Shown in pieces: positions 28,211 to 42,254 of a stretch of 64,000 nt of DNA (positions are counted from its first letter, which is position 1; each line of letters starts with the position of its first letter). The notes below the pieces were generated by a model that saw nothing but the letters and a program-made list of their open reading frames with translations, searched no databases and was not told the DNA's origin. The stretch comes from Octopus vulgaris (Eukaryota). The translations under genes and the position numbers were made by a program. Location of the stretch: positions 29,264,001 to 29,328,000 of the forward strand of contig OX597818.1 of NCBI GenBank assembly GCA_951406725.2, written 5' to 3'.

Positions 28211-28760
28211 TATATTCTTGTTTATTTATACTGGAGATAATAACTACTGGAAAATTTGGTGATCAAATACAGAAGACATAAGGGAGTGATGTAAAAGATA
28301 TCTCATTACAAATTAAACATAATTTATATTTAATACATCGTTAGTACCCCAGACAAAATGCTTAGCAGTATTTCATTTGTCTTTACAGTCAAAGTTCAGA
28401 TTCTGCAAAGGTTGACTTAGTCTTTCATCCTTTCAGGATGATAGAATAAATACCAGTTCAACATTGAGGTTAATGTAATCAAGTGGCTCCCTCCCCCAAA
28501 TTTCAGGCTTTGCACCTATAGTAGAAAGTATTATATTTATTACATTTTTTTCCGGTTGAATTTGCCTTATTTTTTCAGTGTTTTTGTGATTTTCATGTAG
28601 ATGGCTGGTATTGTGGCACACCTGACAGAATGTTAGGATTCAAAGAATTAAACAAATTTGATAATAATTTATAGCAAAGTGTTTCAGGATGTTTCTTCAA
28701 AATTTTTTCGTGTGTGATATTTAAAAATTTCATTAATTAATTTTTTTTTTAATTTTATAG

Positions 28761-29009
28761 ATTCACCTGATATTACTGCACCAGAGAATGTGACATTATT
28801 TGAGGATCAAGCATCCATTATAAACTGTTCTGCAAAAGGAAACCCTACCCCAGAAGTGTGGTTGGAGGTTAAAAATCGAAATTTCCTTTCAAATTCTATA
28901 TTAACTTTTAATCGTAAAAATATCAGTCGTGTTTTCTGCACTGCCATTGCAAAGAGCGAAAAGAATGGAAATTTGACAAATAGAAAGGAAATTAATATCC
29001 TGTTTAAAT
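28761..29009 (+). CDS. IgSF membrane protein, Ig-domain exon 2
   Basis: Poly-T tract ..ttttatag|, donor T|gtatgt; 249 nt, phase 1-1. YSPDITAPENVTL..INCSAKGNPTPEVW..VFCTA contains the classic CxAxGNPxP-W Ig motif and joins exon 1 in frame. Confidence 0.88.
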
Positions 29010-29046
29010 GTATGTTAAATATAAATATTTATTCTTCCTCCTCCTC

Positions 29047-29079
<33 letters not shown>

Positions 29080-32000
29080 TCACTAATATCCTCACCATCA
29101 TCAAATGTCTTTTAATTCTTTGTATAAATTCTGAGATTGAGTGGCATATTGTGTCCTTGGGCAAAGCACATCACTTTACATTACTCTAGTCTACTCAGCT
29201 GAAAATGACTACCAGCTAAGTGCTGGTGCAGCCCTCTCTCTCTTCAAGCAACACCTTGATGATCTACTGGGTCAAGAGTGGGTACACTGAGAGGGCATTT
29301 ATGTCTCCTTGTGATTGCATAAGTGTCTAAAATCATCTTCACTTGTGGGTCATCGACACTTGTGAGTGACACGCATCGATTTGTCATATTCTTACCATCT
29401 TTAAGCAACCCTGTGTCAATAGCATGTAAAAAAACACCACTGGAGCATGGTCATTGTCAGTGCTGGCTCCTGTGCTGGTGGCACATAAAAAGCATCCACT
29501 ACACTCTCAGAGTGGTTGGCATTAGGAAAGGCATCCAGCTGTAGAAACCATGCCAGATCAGATTGGAACCTGGTGCAGCCTTCTGGCTTGCCAGTCCTCA
29601 GTTGAACCGTCCAATGCATGCCGGCATGGAAAGTGGACGTTAAACGATGATGATCATCATCATCATTATCATCATTGTCTTATGCCTATTTTTCCATGCT
29701 GGCATGAGTTAGAAGGATTTGTTCCACCTCAGCCCTTGCCACTTGTCATAGTCCATCATCATCTGATACTCCTTACATCATCTGCCTCTGGTGTATATGA
29801 TTTTTTTTATGCTAGGGGGTTGTGATAGGTTATACAGCTGAATGCCCTTCCTATCACCAATCATTCTGCAATGGAGTTCAGTTTTTTTGATCAGTAAAGT
29901 GGTTAATTATTTAAGGAAGGAGTGTAGTCATGAAATCAATACTACTCCATCAGTTAAGAGTAAGGAAAATAAAGTCAGCCTGTGTGGAACTGAAGAGGAC
30001 AAAACTGATTAATATTAAGGTCGTAGTCACTATAAAAGGTAGGTTTCACAATTTCTGGTAATATATACTGAAAACCCACATAACCTAACTGAAACAGTAT
30101 CCTAAAGACTACCTTTTCGCTTCAGAAGTAGAAAATATTTCAGCTTTTGAGCAATTACTGATTTTCTACAAAATTCAAGATCCACAAAGAATTACTGCTC
30201 TTACACCCAGGACAGATTTGCTCAGTGAAAGCCCCACTAATTGATAATGACTCAGTAACACATACCATTTCTTGCCCATACATGTGCTTTTCTTATCTCT
30301 GCTTCTTATATTATTATTACTCTGATCACTGCTCCTAGCTTTAAACAACCTCCATCCAAGTTCACCCAATACATCTATCTCTCCCATTCTTCTCGTCAAT
30401 ACTGTATTTCATTGACCACTATGCATAATCAAACCTTCTTAGAGTTGAACAATGTGAAATTCCCTTCCCACCTATGACTTGCCTGTAGATATTGATGTGT
30501 ACAACTGAACATAGGCTGTATCAGTCTTACCAGTCTTGGAGAGTTTGTGAAAGATAATGTCTGCAAATAATTTTTGTTGACTGATCTCTAAAAAAAATCA
30601 TTATTCTAACACTGACCCTGCTGTATTCACTCTATTTACTTTAAGAATTATGTTAATGACATCCATTCTGTGCAATATTGTTGTTGAGCTTCAAAAGAAC
30701 TCCCTCAGGTTAAGAGCATGACCTGTAAATATGAACAAAAGAACTGAAAAATAATTTGGGTTTGTTGATCCTTGATTTTACTAAGGGATTTATTGTGACC
30801 AAACATCACATCAGTTTCTCCAGTTTAAATGAATATGGGTGTTTGTAATTTTTCTGGTTTCTAAAGTCCATATTTTGCTCTCTACAACCACCCTACTTCT
30901 AATGGTGTATTCTGTAAACATCTACAACTGCCCAATTTCTAAGTATTGATATCCTTTTTACTAGGTTTTAAGTAGGCACATTTAATTTCTCCTGTAATAT
31001 TTCAGTATCCTTATCCACTATTAATGGATAGATAGGTGTCAAATTTATGTTTTACAGAGACCTGTTTAATTGAAATATCTCTCCCTAGGATAGAAACTTG
31101 AGAAATAAGACATTTGAACTCAAAATTTGTCAAAACAATTATTGATTGAATCAATTCAAAACCTAAAAATTTCAATTTTATATTCAATGCCACTGAAGCA
31201 TTATCTCGCTTTGAATTTGAAAAGACTAATGCAGTTCACATAAATGTCGCAAAGCATATGATGTACCCAACCTAACTTATTTATTATCCTTAACTGAAGG
31301 TAGCTCACTGAATTTTGAAATTAGAGAAGCTAAGTTTTCAATAAAACTTTTGATTGCAACTCCCACCTAGAAATCATGATTATCAGCAAAATGTTTGTTA
31401 AAAAACCTGGAAAATACGAGCTAACCTGAAAAGACAAAATTTACTGAGCAAGGCAAACATTTTAAACCAAAACATATTTTAAGAAGAAATGAATGTCATC
31501 ACAAATTGTCCTAATGACAGCAGCATCATAATCATTTCTGCTGTGAAAGGAAATGCAACTTCAATAATGTCAGAGTAGAATACACACTAATCACATCTTT
31601 AAGCATGCTAAAATTAAATACAAAATAACTTATTACACACATATATAATCTACAAACATACAATTACTCAAGATTCTGTCAAGATCAGTTGCCGGCTGTA
31701 GATACTCAGCATATTCTTTTATGAGTTGTTACCAGCAAAATTTATTTCCCTTCTTACTGATTGAAGTGTCCCATTTTTCATGGGTGCTGTACATTTCAAT
31801 GAACTAATAAAAGAGTTTGTTCTTTTTAGTTCATTGTACATGAAAAATGGGATGTATTGATCTAGTTTTCAAGTCATCAACTTTAATGTGATTTGCTTGC
31901 TCACAATAATTCGACGGGGGTGGGGATCTTCTTTTTGGTGAAGCTCTACTTTCGGAAACAAACTAGATCAATATTTTGAATAGTTATTGCAAAATATGTC

Positions 32001-34076
32001 ACTAGTTAATATAAATTATAAAAATGCCTACACAAGACTATTAAACTTCCAAATAAAATGTGAGATATACTTTATATTGCCAGTAATTAAGCAATTTAAA
32101 TATATATATTTCTGAAAATGTAGCAATAAAATGTGCATTTTGGCTCAGCTATGTATTTTTGGGCAACTCCAGTTTCTGAGTGGCCAGGGAGAGGTATTTA
32201 CAGTAGAAAAATAAACATCATCCACTGGACTCTACTGCAGTTTTGAGTCTCACTACTCTTATAGTGATAAGAAAAAATATTTACAATACACTCTGTTGAG
32301 GTGTTGGTAAATAAGCAGAGAAAGCATAGTCAAGAGATCCCTTCAGTTCTCTCTTGCTGAGGACATAACCTCCTCTCTAATGCTGGTACCACAATAAAAT
32401 GCATCCAATACGCTCTGTAAAGTAGCTGGTAAATGAACAGAGAAAGCATAGAGTCAAGAGGTGTATTTGGTCTTCTCTAGCCAAAGATATGACAACTTCT
32501 TTAGTGGTGGTACTACACTAAAATACATTTAGTACGCTGTGTACAGGTTGGTCATAGGAAGCACATCTATCTATTGAAACATAGTCAAAACCTAACCAAA
32601 TGTGGCATAGTCTTCCAACTTGTCTATGAAAACAGTGGTCTCAGTAAGGTCCCATATGTGACTACCCTTCCTTGCCAGCATGGAGAGTGGATATGAAGAA
32701 GGAGAAGGAAAAGGAGGTGATTTAAAACATCAAGAAAATGTGTCTATCCTATTGAAGTATTTTTTCAAATATAAGCAGTCATTTGGAGACCATATTTTTC
32801 TGCAATAAATAACCTGTATTCTTCTATATGTATGCAATGAAATCCCCAATCACTGGTAGCTCCACTTTACAACAAACAGTTGCCTAGAAAGATACAAAGA
32901 TTCTGTATTAGTTATACAATCAAATCAGTACAACAAATTTCAAAGATGTCACATTCAGACTTCAAGTTTGGATAAATCAAAGAGTTTATAATGCATTTAT
33001 CAAATTTTTCAGTGTGGAAATGAAAAAAACCTAAATATCATTACAGAAGAGATTGAGAAACTTTGATTAGAGATGACAAGACAAAAGCATAATGTCTGAT
33101 GTACAATTGAAAATCATAAGCATCTATGGATAAGGGCATCAAAAGTAAAGGTTACATTTAAATCTAACCAAAATATATACAACTGTTTATTTGGTTAAAC
33201 CCATAACTTTGGATAGAGGGCTCTAATTAAAAATGATATTAAGACAAAAAAGCAAAGCTAACTGTTTAAATTTAAACAGTTCATTTAAAAAGTTCATCTC
33301 AGTACTACATATGTATTTACTTCAATAATTTATTTTATTCAATTTATTTATATTTTGTTCTCAGAATGAAAACTACATCAACTTTAACAACATAAAAACT
33401 TAATATTTGAATCTTTTGACTTAGTATTTTCAATTACTTTGGTTTCATTTGTCTGGCATCATACCACTTTCTTCCTATCATGCTATTACCATAAGTGGAT
33501 ACATTTAAACACTACATTGATATTGTGATGAAGAACGGATATATCCTTTTTCCCATGATCTACTGAAGAACGCTTCTAATTCCTCTTATTGAGAGGCATT
33601 TTTTGCATGTTATGTGAAGAAATTTCATTGTGAAATGATTTTAATTTCTTATATCTGTATGGTTTGACAAGTTTTATGAATTTTATTTGTAGAAATTTCA
33701 TGAATTGTTTGTTTACTCTACAACTCAATAAACTATCTTCCTGGTGAATACATTTATTTTTCAATGGACAATCTACCCATCTAGATACAAGTACTGCATG
33801 GAAGTACATCTCACTGTTGCAACCTCCTGTAAATCTTGAAAACCTTATAAAGATTTCATTAGCCACAGGGCCAAGCTCAAATTGTCCCAAGATTGTGGTG
33901 GTTTAGTTTGCTTACTGTATTTTGCTTTGATATCCTGTATGAGAAACATGTTCAATGACAATCATAGAATCTGAATTTAAAATGTGTGTGAAACTGAAAT
34001 TTTTAATTTTAATCCTATTTTCTAAATTGAAACTGTTCCTTGATTATTTTATTTCATTTTATTTTATTTTTTTAAG

Positions 34077-34328
34077 ATCCTCCTCAAGTAAACTTTAATA
34101 TTTCAAATGAGCCAAATAAAATAATAATTAGTTGCACTGCATCTGGTGGAAATCCAGCAACTCATAAATATGAACTGAAGCAAAAATGGGGAAACACCAC
34201 TAAGAATACTTATAATAAAGAAGTATTATCTATAAACAATCCTTCCTTCAATAATACTGGTACATGGGAGTGTCATGTAATCAATGATGATTTTCATGTG
34301 ATTAAGTCATCAAACTACAAAATTCCAG
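34077..34328 (+). CDS. IgSF membrane protein, Ig-domain exon 3 (not captured as a full ORF in the track)
   Basis: Acceptor ttttttaag|; reads YPPQVNF..IIISCTASGGNPATHKY..NTGTWECHVIN..KIP. The 3' end is either a GC donor (AG|gcaagt, 34328) or a GT donor (AA|gtattt, 34332). Confidence 0.8.
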
Positions 34329-34539
34329 GCAAGTATTTTACAAAGCCACAGTTATTTTTAAAACATATTTACAATTCAATTTTTATTTTTAGAATGGTAA
34401 AATTGTTCAGTTATTTATTTAATTTTATCCCATTAGAAGATTGTTGGACTTTGTTTCATTTTATGTGTATCAATAAAATTGATAATTTTTATTTATAATT
34501 TTCAGGAATTGTTTGAGATATAAATACTGAAGAATTGTA

Positions 34540-35778
34540 TTGGGTTGGCAACTAAGTACCTGCCATTTTTTAAATTTAAATTTTTTAAAAGGTTTAATGA
34601 AAAATAACAACTAATTAATCAATAATGCATTCACCCTTGTTGTTTACTACTTCTTCCCAATGTTCAACAAGATTTTCAATACCTGGTTGGTAGAAATCAC
34701 CCGATTTTGGTTCAAAAAATTGATTCAAGCTCTCAATTCTGTATCATTATTGAACAAAACTCTACACATAGCACTTGAAAGAGATAGAAAGCGGTGGAAA
34801 TCCATTATTGCCAAATTAGGAGAGTATGGTGGGTGTAGCAGCACTTCTCAGCCATGCGTTTGAATGCCTTCCTTGGTCATTTTGGCAACATGAGGGTGGG
34901 CGTTGTCATGCAGCAGAAGAGCTTTATGCTGCTGATTAGGTCTTTTCTCTTGAATAGCCATGTTGAGTTGTTCCCTCTTTTGAACATAGAGTTCCACATT
35001 GACTGTTTGGTTCCATTCAAGCAATTCATAATGGATAATTCCTTCCCAGTCCCACCATATACACAACATCGTTTTACGCTGATGAAGATCTTGTTTTACA
35101 TGCAGTGTCACTTGTTTACCGGGGCTAAGCAATTCCTTATGTGGTTTCATATTGATGTACAGGCACTATTTTTCATCGCCAGTAACGATTCAGTAAAGAA
35201 ATCGTTGCTTGTATCCATGAGTTGAGCAGTGATGAGCAAGCAAACCAGTGGAGATTGTGGCTTGTTAATTTTTGTTGTTGTCACTTAGAACATGCAAAAA
35301 CCCATGCTCCATACTTCTGAACCTTTCCCATCGAGTGAAGATGCTTTTCTATAGCAGTGTGGGAGCATTCCATTTTCTCTGCCAGTTCCCTTGTCATTTC
35401 ACGAGAATTTTCGTGCAAAAGTTGGTTTAATCGATCTACATCAAACTCAACTGGACGGCCAGAACACGGTGTGTCTTCAAGGTCAAAATTTCCATTTTTG
35501 AACTTGGCATACGTATCATGAGTGGCTTTTTCAGCTATGGTACCCTCTCCATACACAGCACAAATATCACGAGCAGCTTTTGCGGCCTTGATTAAAAGCA
35601 AAAAGAAGTAGGTATTGAAAATGCTCATTTCTCTTAACTTGACATTCCATTTTAATGATCTGAAAATAAACAAAAATTAACTAAGATTAACTAGAAAAAA
35701 AACAAAGATTCCAAAATTTAAAAATGTAATAAATTCCAAAATTTAAAAAGATGGCAGGAACTTAGTTGTCAACCCAGT
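34540..35778 (-). mobile_element. Mariner (DD34D-type) transposon, full length, degenerate
   Basis: TIRs ttgggttggcaactaagtacctgcca / tggcaggaacttagttgtcaacccag; TA on the left. Transposase motifs SGRP, GAWV, MLCIWWD, HDNAHPH and HPPYSPNLA; ~1.24 kb. Confidence 0.92.
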
Positions 35779-36597
35779 TGTTTTAATAAAGTGATTGTCA
35801 TCAATATTTCCAGAAAAGAACTGAAAGCGTTTTTTCACATTAATTGGAAGCATATGAATTAAATTATAGACCAGGAGCATAAAATATTTGTTGTTATTTC
35901 AAATTATAAAGAGATACATATGGTGTTAGTTTCCTTTTTGGCAATAAATTATTTATTTTTCAAAGATCTTCCTAAAACTTTTAGTAACATAGAGTTTTCA
36001 TTTAAATTCTATATTATATTATATTTGTTAGCTTTAGAAAGAAGAGAAATGTTTGTATCCTGTTTAGACCTTCATGAAAGCCACTTTGTAACATAAAGGT
36101 AATGGTTTCTAGAAGACCTAGTTTTATATATCTTCAGATGTCTTGAGATCAAAATTAATTTAGGAGGTGATGAATCATCATAATCTTAGAAATATTGGCT
36201 GTGAAACCAATAGGCTGTTTCTGAGTAGCATTGTAGAGATTGTCTTTATTAGAGATGATGCACATAATTGCATATTTCTTCATTTTTGATTAAGTGATCT
36301 TTGAGCATAAATTTCAAACTTTGTAATGGATTAGTCACTTGGAAATAATAATCTCAAGGTGATATCTGAGACAATATCACATAGTGATAATCCCATTCTA
36401 ACTTACATAAATCTCAAAATTTCTGAATTGATATCTTGTACAGATTATATCAATTTGAATTGTTTGAAAAACCTTCCTCTTTATTTTACACAGTAACGTC
36501 TTGTCTTTGGCCACATCTATAAAAATAATCATCAAACCAAGTTATCCACTTCTATACATCATTTGAAGTTGTTCACTTGACTTGTAGTTTTAAATTC

Positions 36598-37650
36598 ATT
36601 ATCATCATCATCGTTTAACGTCCGCTTACCATGCTAGCATGGGATGGACGATTTGACTGATGTCTGGTGAACCAGATGGCTGCACCAGACTCCAATCTGA
36701 TCTGGCAGAGTTTCTACAGCTGGGTGCCCTTCCTAACGCCAACCACTCCGAGAGTGTAGTGGGTACTTTTTACGTGCCACCGGCACGAGGGCCAGTCAGG
36801 CAGTACTGGTAGCGGCCACGCTCAAATGGTGCTTTTTATGTGCCACATGCACAATAGCCAGTCCAGTGGCTCTGGCAACGACCTTGCTCAAATGGTTTTT
36901 CACGTACCACCAGCACAAGTGCCAGTAAGGCGACGCAGGTAACGATCACACTCGAATGGTGCTTTTTATGTGCCATCAGCATGGAGGCTAGCTTGTTGCT
37001 CTGGCAACGATCATCCTCGTATGGTACTCTTAGCGCTTCACTAGCATGGATGCCAGTCATTGAATTTGATTTCAATTTCATTTGCCTCAACAGGTCTTCG
37101 CAAGTGGAGAATAGTGTCCAGTGAAGGAAAGGTATGCATAAGTGGGCTGGTTACACCCTGGCATAGATTACAAGATTATGGTCTCACTTGAGCTTGCCGA
37201 GTTCTCAAGCACAGCATATTTCCAAAGGTCCCGGTCACTAGTTATTGCCTTGGTGAGGCCTAATGTTCGAAGGTCATGCTTCACCACCTCATCCCAGGTC
37301 TTTCTAGGTCTACCTCTTCCACAGGTTCCGTCAACCACTAGGGTGTGACATTTTTCACATAACTATCCACATCCATTCTCACCACATGGCCATACCAGCA
37401 CAGTCGTCTTTCTTGCACACCACATCTGATGCTTCTTAGGTCCAACTTCTCTCTCAAGGGACTAACACTCTGTCAAGTATGCACACTGACATTACACATC
37501 AATCGGAGCATGCTGGCTTCATTCTTTGCGAGCTTATGCATGTCCTCAGCAGTCACGGCCCATGTTTCACTGCCATGTAGCATGGCTGTTTGTACACATT
37601 TCACTGCCATGTAGCATGGCTGTTCGTACACATTCACTGCCATGTGGCAT
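36598..37650 (-). mobile_element. RTE LINE 3' fragment
   Basis: Reverse complement of the RTE C-terminus and 3' UTR with (GAT)n tail; short tandem duplication at the truncation point (37565-37652). Confidence 0.82.
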
Positions 37651-37769
37651 GGCTAAGCTATAATAGTGACATCTTAAATAATGAGTAGAGTTGAAAAAAA
37701 GTAACTGATTGAATGTTTTATTGTGTGTAGAAGGTTAAACTGGATACACTGTGGATAGCAAATACATGG

Positions 37770-38152
37770 AAGCACTCCGTCGGTTACGACAATGAGGATT
37801 CCGGTTGATCTGAATTAATGGAACAGCCTGCTCTTGAAATTAACGTGTAAGTGGCTGAGCACTCCACAGACACGTGCACCCTTAACGTAATTCTTGGGGA
37901 TATTCAGCATGACACTGAGAGTGACAAGGTCGGCCCCTTGAAATACAGGTACAACAGAAACAGGAAGTAAGAGTGAGAGAAAGTTGTGGTGAAAGAGTAC
38001 AGCAGGGATCACCACCATCCCCTGCCAGAGCCTCGTGGAGCTTTTAAGGTGTTTTCGCTCAATAAACACTCACAACGCCCGGTCTATGAATCGAAACCGC
38101 GATATTATGACCGCGAGTCCGCTGCCCTCACCATTGGGCCATTGCGCCTCCA
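37770..38152 (-). mobile_element. tRNA-derived SINE
   Basis: On the minus strand: ggaggcgcaatggcccaatggtgagggc (A-box) and ggtttcgattc (B-box); tail shared with the SINE at 14152. Confidence 0.78.
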
Positions 38153-38499
38153 CAGCAAATACAACAGGTTTGGCTGCTATGTACATATGTTCATGTTACT
38201 GGGTTTGTCAAAAAGTGATGGAAAAGAATTTTTGACAAAGTTGCTGGATGTCTAATTAGCTAGGGTCTGTTTAATTGCAGTTAAGAAGCTAAAAACTTAT
38301 ATGCAGGCATTGATTTCTTTTGGGGCAGTAAAGCAGCTCTGTAGGTGTTTCAGCCCTTTCCATCATGACAATAGAACTGTCCAGGGCCACCTACTGGTGT
38401 AAACAACAACATAAGCATGCAACAGCCCAAGCTTTGGTGATCAGATGTTGCAACTCTGGATCAGTTATTTCTACCATCCTCATTGCTAATTCTTGCTTC

Positions 38500-38730
38500 A
38501 TCACTCATGCTCTCTCCTGAGGAAGATATAATAAGTTGCTTTCTTGACAACTTCCGGCAATTTTCTTGTAACATCTTTTGTGTCATTTGCACCTAGTCCA
38601 AAACTCCCGAGCATCAAGTGAACCCTGATTCCAACAAATCCTCTGACACTTGTCTCTACAGGAAGGTATATTACCTCTCATCCATTGTTTTCACAAAGTT
38701 TAAACAACATATATTTTCTTTCCTGAGGAG
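38500..38730 (-). mobile_element. REL-endonuclease LINE relic (R2/NeSL-like C-terminus)
   Basis: Minus-strand reading LCENNG..YLPVETSVRGFVG..RKLPEVVKKATYYIFLRRE resembles the PVEVGxRG motif. Confidence 0.5.
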
Positions 38731-39313
38731 AGCATTTTCAATGTCTCCTTCCTAGGAAACTGTCGGCTCTACCATCTTTACCATCTTTTTTTCTTGGCAC
38801 CATTTGATAAGGTCAAGTCTCTTGATGGTAAAAAGTAACAAGTGATATTTACCATCAGAATCAACAGAAAACTCCTAACTCCCCATTTTCGATCATTCTT
38901 CTCCCTTACAGTGGCTGGCTTGCAACCTTTATCTTCCCATGCCCCACTACTTGTGGCCTTTTGCCATTGCTAATTCACATTACCCTCTCCACCACTGCAT
39001 CAGTCAGTACTCTAAGTGCTTGGTTATACTGCCATGTGCATCACAGTCTGAGTTCAAATTCTACCAAGGCCTGCTTTGCCTTTCATTCTTTTGGAATCGA
39101 TAAAATAAGTACCTGTGAAGCACTGGGGTCGATATAATTGACTAGCCCCTTCCCCAAAATTCCAGGCCTTTTTGCCTATAGTAGAAAGGATTATTTCATC
39201 TTATTTTCTCCAATTCTCTTCAATTTAGAATATTTATTGTTAGTTTCAGAAAATATTTAATATCTAGTACATGTGTATTTTCTCTTTTAATATTTTATTA
39301 TTTTTTCCACCAG

Positions 39314-39621
39314 TGAAAGCCATGTTCAGTTCAGTATTAAATGTTCCAAAAAGAGAAATGTTTCAAATGGAGAAACTGTAATTTTGAAACAGTGTTTTTA
39401 TTCGCATCCAAAATCTGATGTAAAATGGCAGAAAAATGAGGAATCAATTGACTCAAACAAATATTTAATAACTGATTATTTACCAAATGAGTTTCCTTTC
39501 AAAGGAAACTGTACTAGTTTAAAGCTAGAAGACATCAAAGATGATGATATTGGTACTTATACCTTAACAGTGGAAAACTCCATAGGAAAAGAAACTGTTG
39601 TTTTTACTTTGACATATAAGG
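39314..39621 (+). CDS. IgSF membrane protein, Ig-domain exon 4 (I-set-like, lacking the second Cys)
   Basis: Acceptor ttttttccaccag|, donor G|gtaagt. Reads NGETVILKQCFYSHPKSDVKWQKN..SLKLEDIKDDDIGTYTLTVENSIG, with the I-set DxGxYxLxVxNxxG motif. Confidence 0.83.
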
Positions 39622-42254
39622 GTAAGTTGTTACGTGCTTCTTTAATCATTTAAAATGTTATTTCATGTTATATAGAATTGTTTCTAATTTATTAATATAT
39701 TCATAAAGTACTTAAAGTTCTACTTTCAGTTTAAGTGTTATAGTCAGCTCTGGGTTTTAATGTCAGAGCGTCTAGTTTAGCTTTGTTTCTTGCTCAGTAT
39801 TACATGTGTAAGTACAAATAATTTTCCTTTCAGAAATCATCCTTATCATCATCTGCTTTCCATGTTGGCATGGGTTGGACGTTTTGACTAGCGATCACTA
39901 AGCAGAAGACTGCACCATGCTATGTTTTCTGTTTTGACATGATTTTTATGACTCGGTGCCCTTCCTAACATCAACCACTCCACTGAATGGACTGAATGCT
40001 TATGTGACACCAGCACAACTGAGATCAGTTTTAGCATGTTTTTTTTTTACAGTTGGATGCTCTTCCAAATGCCAACCACTTTACAGTGTGGAATGGATGC
40101 TTTTTATGTGGCACCAACACTAAGAGAGTCACCAAATAACTTGTAACATAAAAATCCTTTGAGAGACGATGTGGCATTGGAGGTGATCTTGTGCCAGATG
40201 ATGAAAGGTTAGTGTATGACAGAGAAACAAATAGATGTGTTGCTGTAGAGGTGATACATGGTTACCCAGTCAGAAGGAAAGAGAAGGATTGATCGAGATT
40301 GAGGCCAGTAATGGGTGTGTTGCTGTAGAACCGATACATAGTTAACCAGTCTAAGAAATAGAGAAAGGGAGTGAAAGAGAGCAAAAGAAAGAGGGAGAGT
40401 GCAAGAGAGCAGGAGAAAGAGAAAGAGGGTGCAAGAGAGCAGGAGAGTGATGGTGGTAAAGCACCAGAGCATGCTCATAAGGAATGGGGATCAGAATATA
40501 AATGGGATGGTAGAGGAGAGCCACAAGGAGATCAGTGGTAGCAAGGTGGAAGAGTATGCTCTAAAGACATGGGGTCAGAATATAAAAGGGAGGGTGTTGC
40601 CAAGGTACATGTATAGAGAGTAGAGGTTTCATGTGAATGCAAGGTGTATGGGGGTGGGATATGCAGTGACTGGTAAAACCTGGGCATATAGAGTGGGTAG
40701 GGGACAACAGGATAGTAATGATACTGTGAGCAGTGCAGTGTGGACAGAACTGGGGAGCAAGAGATAAGCATAGTGCATTAAAAGAGGAAATGTGAGGAAG
40801 TGGAGAGGTGTAGTTTTGTTTTTTGGAGTAGGGTGTGAAGATGACAAAACTTATATTGGGAAACTACTCCCTCAATTTTAGTGATGATGTTTTCAAGTTG
40901 ATGAACTATTTTTAGTGTGTTTATTTAAATATTTTCTATGTAGTTTAAATGGAGTTGTTTTAAATGTAGTAAGGCATTTTTGCTGAAATAGGGAAACAGT
41001 GAACGAATGCATACAAATACTGAAATATTACCTCTTTTTGGCCTTTCTACTGGTCCAAATTGGTTAAATCTGTTAAGTTATTTTACTTATATGATTCCCT
41101 ATACAATGTTCATGGATATTTAATCAATCTGTCAGTTGTACACTTAGCACTAGGAAGGAGATCCAGTTGTAAAAACCATGCGAAAACAGACAATAAAACT
41201 TGATGTGACTCCCAGACTTACCAGCTCCTGTCAAACAGTTCGCTGTGCCAGTATAGAAAACAGATGTGAATTAATGCAGTTATTGCAAGTTAAATGATGT
41301 CAAGTCACTACAAAGCAGCACTAAGTAGAAAAAGTTAGAAAAATTCAGAACCTGTCTGAGATAGGATAACATTGGCCACACCAAATTAGAAACAGTTCCA
41401 TGCATGTAGATTGCTTGAAGTTGATGGTTTATCTGTGGTTTTCATTAATCAAAAACCAATGGCATAAAGAAGAGCTGGGGGAACTGTTCAGTATGAAAAG
41501 TAAATTGAAAGGTGTATAAGAATTTCTGAGGTATATTTTTACTGAGAAAATTAATGAATCTTTCAAATTCATAGGTATGCTATATATATTACATTACTAT
41601 TTAAATTTTTTTCATATGGATCTTTATAGATTTTCTCATTGAGTAATTTCAAATTTAAAATCAGGTGATGAGCTCCTCACTCCTAGTGTAGACCATATTT
41701 ATAAAGTATTCTGGGATAGTTACAAACAATTCATATCACTATATGAAATGGCAGGAATTTAATTTATTATCCAGTTTAACAAACTGCAAATGCTATATTG
41801 GCCTTAGTCTCCTTATTTTTTTCCTGATTTATAGCTTTTGACAGATTCTGCAATAAGAACTTTTCTTATGAAAAATAGTTCTGAAATCATATGTTAAAAT
41901 TCAAGAATTATAATGCTTAGATGAGGCTGATTAGGGGACCTTAGCCAGCAGTTACATGTACACACAGTTCCGGCATGCACTGCCACTTTCCCCAGAAAAG
42001 ATTGCCACGTAATTGTGTGGGTTTGAAATCATTAGTGTAACCCGATGGACATATTGTTTTTACTGTGCTGTCACTGTTTAAAATGCTGAACTATTCAACA
42101 CTACATTATATAACTACAGTTATGTCTGTGCAATCACAGAGAAGAATGATTAGAAAAGAATCATCCAGACATCATAATGCATAGTAATGTCTGAAACATT
42201 TCTAATGCATTAACAGAATGAACACATCCTTATTACAAGGATATAAATTGGCCT

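Noticed and set aside
30170-33960. Faint LINE/PLE-like peptide remnants (e.g. IISAVKGNAT near 31530, CPLKNKC near 33760)
   Set aside because: Too decayed to assign boundaries or a family without a profile search.
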